Shown: piece by piece, positions 59,838 through 64,000 of the stretch | Layout of the letters: each line of letters opens with the position of its first letter | Position numbering within the stretch: the first letter of the stretch is position 1 | From: Camelus ferus | Taxonomy: Eukaryota | Length of the DNA stretch: 64,000 nt | Assembly: GCF_009834535.1 (NCBI RefSeq) | Contig: NC_045697.1 | Location: 48,424,001 to 48,488,000, forward strand | Reading direction: 5' to 3' | Notes under the pieces: model-generated | Databases searched by the model: none | The model's input: the letters and a program-made list of their open reading frames with translations, nothing else | What the model was told of the DNA's origin: nothing | Position numbers and translations under genes: made by a program

Positions 59838-62800
59838 GTAGGTGTCAGTCTAATTAAATAGTGTTCATTTCTAGTTTTTTATCTTACTGGGATACATAGG
59901 ATAAACAGATGGTTATAAAAGTAAGAGACATTTTAATCTTTTAATGGCAGCCCATTTGTAAGAGTAGATAAGAGTATAATACACACTTTAAATTTATGGG
60001 ATAAATGCCTTTTTTTCTTTTAAAAGCTTAGATAAAATACTAAGAAAATACTCTTCATTCTTTTCACCTCTTCTAGATTACTTAAAAATCTTAGTCTTGA
60101 AAAATTAATAAGACTCTGGATAATATATTCTCCATTCATTTTGTATGAAGAACCTTCCTAGCTGTATTTTTAGATTTCACTATAGTACTTCTATACTTTA
60201 CTCATTTTGTAAAAGATACATCAAAAACATAAATTGCAAGAAGTTGCTTTTTAGACAAACAAGTATTTTATTGTTGGCTAGAGAGGGAAGTATTTAGCAT
60301 ATAGAAACTGTTTTTCTGAAGTTTCAGGACTTTCTGAAGTCCTGGTGGTTTCCATTCTTGCATAAGATTGGTTCATAACATATCTGCAAATTGATATAAA
60401 GTCTTATAGGTCAGTTAAATTTTTATCAACCATCTGTATAAAATTTAAGCATTTAGTGGAGAAAATTCTCATTCAAGTGAGAAGTTAGTAATGGTGCTGT
60501 ATGTTAGCACTACTTTGAGAGAATCCTCATTGGTTCTATTCATGTCACCAAATAGAACTTAGAAGTTTAGGTCTGCTGCAAACCATACCTTCCCTGCCAA
60601 CTGAGTCCATAAAAGACTTATGAACATACTTTTCCCTTTATAGGTCCCTACTTATTCTCATTTGGCAGTTACTCGGTTTCTTTTATTGAATGTTATTAAG
60701 AGACTTAAATTCTGAGCTGAAAAACATTTTGTAACATAAAAAGAACTAATTTTGGCTAAGAGCTAGTGTTGTTGAGCTAGTAAAACTTAAAAGAAAAACA
60801 GGAGAATAATACTTGAATTTAGTGTTTTGTAAGATAGTTATAATTGATGATCTTATAGATGTGAGCTATAAAAGTTAGTAGATATTAAAGGTATACTTCA
60901 GTGCAACCTCAGCTCTGAAAATTTCAGGCCCTGGTTTGTGAGCAGAGGGGGACTGAGAGGCTTTTCATAAAAGAATGATGATGGTCAGAACAGTATATCA
61001 ACTAGAGCCCCATCCCTCATATGTGTTTTGCTCCACTGTTCTTAACATGGCTTAGCTTGTCTGCATCCCTGGGACACATGATGTTGGTTAATACAGGCTG
61101 ATTCTCCTCTACAAGGGAGATACGTTCTTTTAATAGCATATCTTAGATTAAAATAATTAAGAAGTGTTTCTTTCCATTGAAATAAATACTATAATGAAAG
61201 TAAGTCCTAGGAGAGAGAGAGTTTCTACTTAGTGAGAATTTTTAGAAGCTAACATAAAGCACCACATAAGCTTGGCACAGAAAATTTTCTTTGCCTACCT
61301 AGAACGTTGGAGGATGAAGTGAATATTAATCATTTACATTAGACTATGGAAATGAGGGAAGGGGCATTAATACAACCTCTGCCTCTTATATTTTTCATTT
61401 TTTATTGGAACAAATGACATATCTCTAAATGCCTCCCTGACTTGGCGTCTGTGCCTATTTCCAAGCTACTACAGAGAAAATTTGCTATATGAAAGGTTGC
61501 TATCACAGAGAAAGGACAGACTTTGATGCATAAATAATAAGAATTTTATAAATAGCATTATATTCTGCAGCTTTGACACTGGAGAATCTGCTTATTCTTC
61601 ATAAGTCTTCTCGTGCTAGAGGAAAATGTTCACTGAAACTTGTTTCTCCCTTTACTGAAGGAGTATTATAAACTTGGAATTTGAAGGAATCTTAAAAATC
61701 ACATTATTCATCTCCTTTATTATAGCTTCAGTCCAGGAAACTTGGGACTTTTCTCAGAGACACACAGAACTTAATAGTAAAGAAGACTTAAAAAAAAAAC
61801 AAAAAACAACCCAGTGCTTTTTCCATATGACACAAACCTTAAAGATTCTAGCCCAGTGGTTTTCAGAGGTTCCTTTAGAACTGGAACCCTTCCCTTGTCC
61901 CCTCAAAAATCTTGTACGTACACAATCCCAGAATACTAAGTAGTAAAGTATTACTTTGCAATCAGTTTGTTTGGGACAGAGGCCTATCAGATGCAGTCCT
62001 ACTCAACGTGGCTCCTTCCCTTTCATAAGCTGTTTGGACATAGTTTGAAAACCACTGTTCTGTTCTCTTGTATAGGTATATAGTTCTATTCCACAAACAT
62101 TTATTGAGAAATCTTTTATCTAGGCACTGGACGTACAGTGATTCTTTAAAAAAAAAAAGAGTCTCTCCATGAAGTTAGTAGTCAGGTTATAATGAGGAAG
62201 ATAGTTAAAAACAAGTAAGGTCAAAACTTTAGACAGTTTGTGACTTGGTAGTAGCAATTCTCTGAAACCCTATAGCCCAAATCTGTGTGGCTCCTGATTC
62301 TTCAAAACTCAGTTGTCTTTGCTAAGTTCACCTGAGTTTAGGTAGGAACACCAGGTCTAATATCTTTGTAATTAGACCTGTGACAAAGCGATAGTAATAC
62401 CAGCTAATTCTCCTGGATTTCTGTTTCTAGCATAGGAAATTCTTGCATCAGATTGGTGAGATCATGCCAGAATCACTCCTGACCTGTTTCCTAGGGTCCT
62501 GGTTTGAGGGTACTGCTAATGATCCATCATAGACAGCTACCACCAGCTTTATGTTCCCTCTGAACTTCAGAGTACAGTGAGTGTTCCCTGGTTTGAAAGG
62601 CAAGCTTCCTCTGTCCCTCCTAGTCCCACTCCCCCGTTGCTTCCCTCCCCAACACCCGCATCTCTTGTGCTGCCCATTGGTCACCATGTTAGGATGGCTA
62701 ACCCTCTTTTTCTTCTATGGCTATACTCATGTTCTTTTCTGAGTGATGTGGCCCACTCGATTATCTCTGGATGTTAACTCTACCTGGATTAGTGTGATGG

Positions 62801-64000
62801 TCTTCCTAGTCCTAGCCAGGCACTAGTCAAAGTAGGTATTTCCTGCTGTGATGTAGTTTAACATCAGAGTACAGAGTTAAAGAAGCAGGCCCTCCCCTTT
62901 GGGGTCTTCTAGTTCTTGAAGGTGCCTAAAGTCAGTCTACTTACTGCACTAGGTATTTTCAATGCTTTATGCTGTCCTGAACCTGATGGGTCCATCTGAA
63001 CCAATTACATCGTGCTATTCTGATCCCCTTTCCCATCAGTAACCTATTTGGATGTTTGCTTTGTAAACTTTCCGTACTATTTACCTCAACTCCTTGGTAA
63101 GCTAAATTATACTTGTTTTTGTTTTTCTAGCAAGGGATACTTTAAAATGGTTACTATATTTGAATTTGGGGAGGTAGTCATGAAAAATAACAATAAATGT
63201 TCTCAACACTCTGCAATTAGATCAAGTTCATTTTAAATCTTTTTATAATTGTTTCATTAGAGGATTTGTCTGGTGTCTAAAGTTGTAGTAATCCCAGTAT
63301 ACTTGGCTTATTTTGTTTCCTCCACTGTATCTCAACGAGGGCCATTTTTTGTTTTTTTAAGAACAAATTTAGGTTGTAGTAGATTAGAAAGAATTTATTT
63401 GATGCATTGTTTTGGACAAAGAGCTTAACTTGGGTGGAAGTAGAGTTCATTAGATGATTGGTTTGAATAATCTGCGATGTCTTTCTAGCCCCATTTTCTG
63501 CCGGTTTTCACCTCTAAAATATAACTCCCTGTTTACTTATTACCTTCACAGAGAAAGATTATATTGACATAAATAGTCTTCCTTTCACTTGCAATACATG
63601 TCTTTTTTCAGGACTCTGCTACAGTACTGTGCCCAGTGACCAAGACGTTAGAGTATTTGTGGTACTTTTACTTTGCTAGGCCACTGAGTATCATTCATTT
63701 GTTAAAGAACAGTTCATTAAATTAGGTACTTACTTACTTTTTAGAAATAGTTTTTACATTGTAGCCTTCTTTTCACTTCTCAATTTCTGTCTTTCATTTC
63801 TGTTACCCTTCTTTTGTTGGCTTTTTGAAGAAGCCCCAATACTTGACTAGGGTACCAGTTGCCTTAAAGAACTTTGAGGACCCATCTCTCTCCAGGGTGC
63901 TCTGTTCCACTGTGTTTAGCATGACTTAGCTTGTTCCACATCTCTGGGACATGAGAAGCACTAGCCTACAGTCGGAAGCTTAATAGTTGGGGGCCATCTT

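Noticed and set aside
59838..64000. Final CCNI coding exon (expected MDSSQLIHCRE...)
   Set aside because: Not found; most simply it lies beyond the window end, so this is not evidence of truncation

Overview
Mammalian genomic DNA, most likely a camelid, judged from four tRNA-Ala-derived Vic-1-type SINEs and artiodactyl-type L1 3' ends. Bases 1-37.8 kb are repeat-rich intergenic sequence (L1, L2, MIR, MaLR/ERV LTRs, DNA transposons, microsatellites) and include a processed PPIA (cyclophilin A) pseudogene. From ~37.9 kb the + strand carries the cyclin I gene (CCNI): a CpG-island promoter, a 5' exon 1 with four uATGs, and coding exons 2-6 (codons 1-230, all phase 0). The last coding exon lies beyond the window. 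No CRISPR array or prokaryotic system is present. The most interesting signals are: (i) a poly-Glu uORF in exon 1 that, depending on the acceptor used, gives a 62-aa overlapping microprotein, an alternative N-terminus or an N-terminal extension of cyclin I; (ii) an exon-intron hairpin enclosing the known CCNI R75 A-to-I editing codon and the splice donor; (iii) a polyadenylated, TSD-flanked retrocopy of an LTR transcript with a related solo LTR in the same window. Repeat subfamily names and comparisons to human sequence come from recall and need database confirmation.
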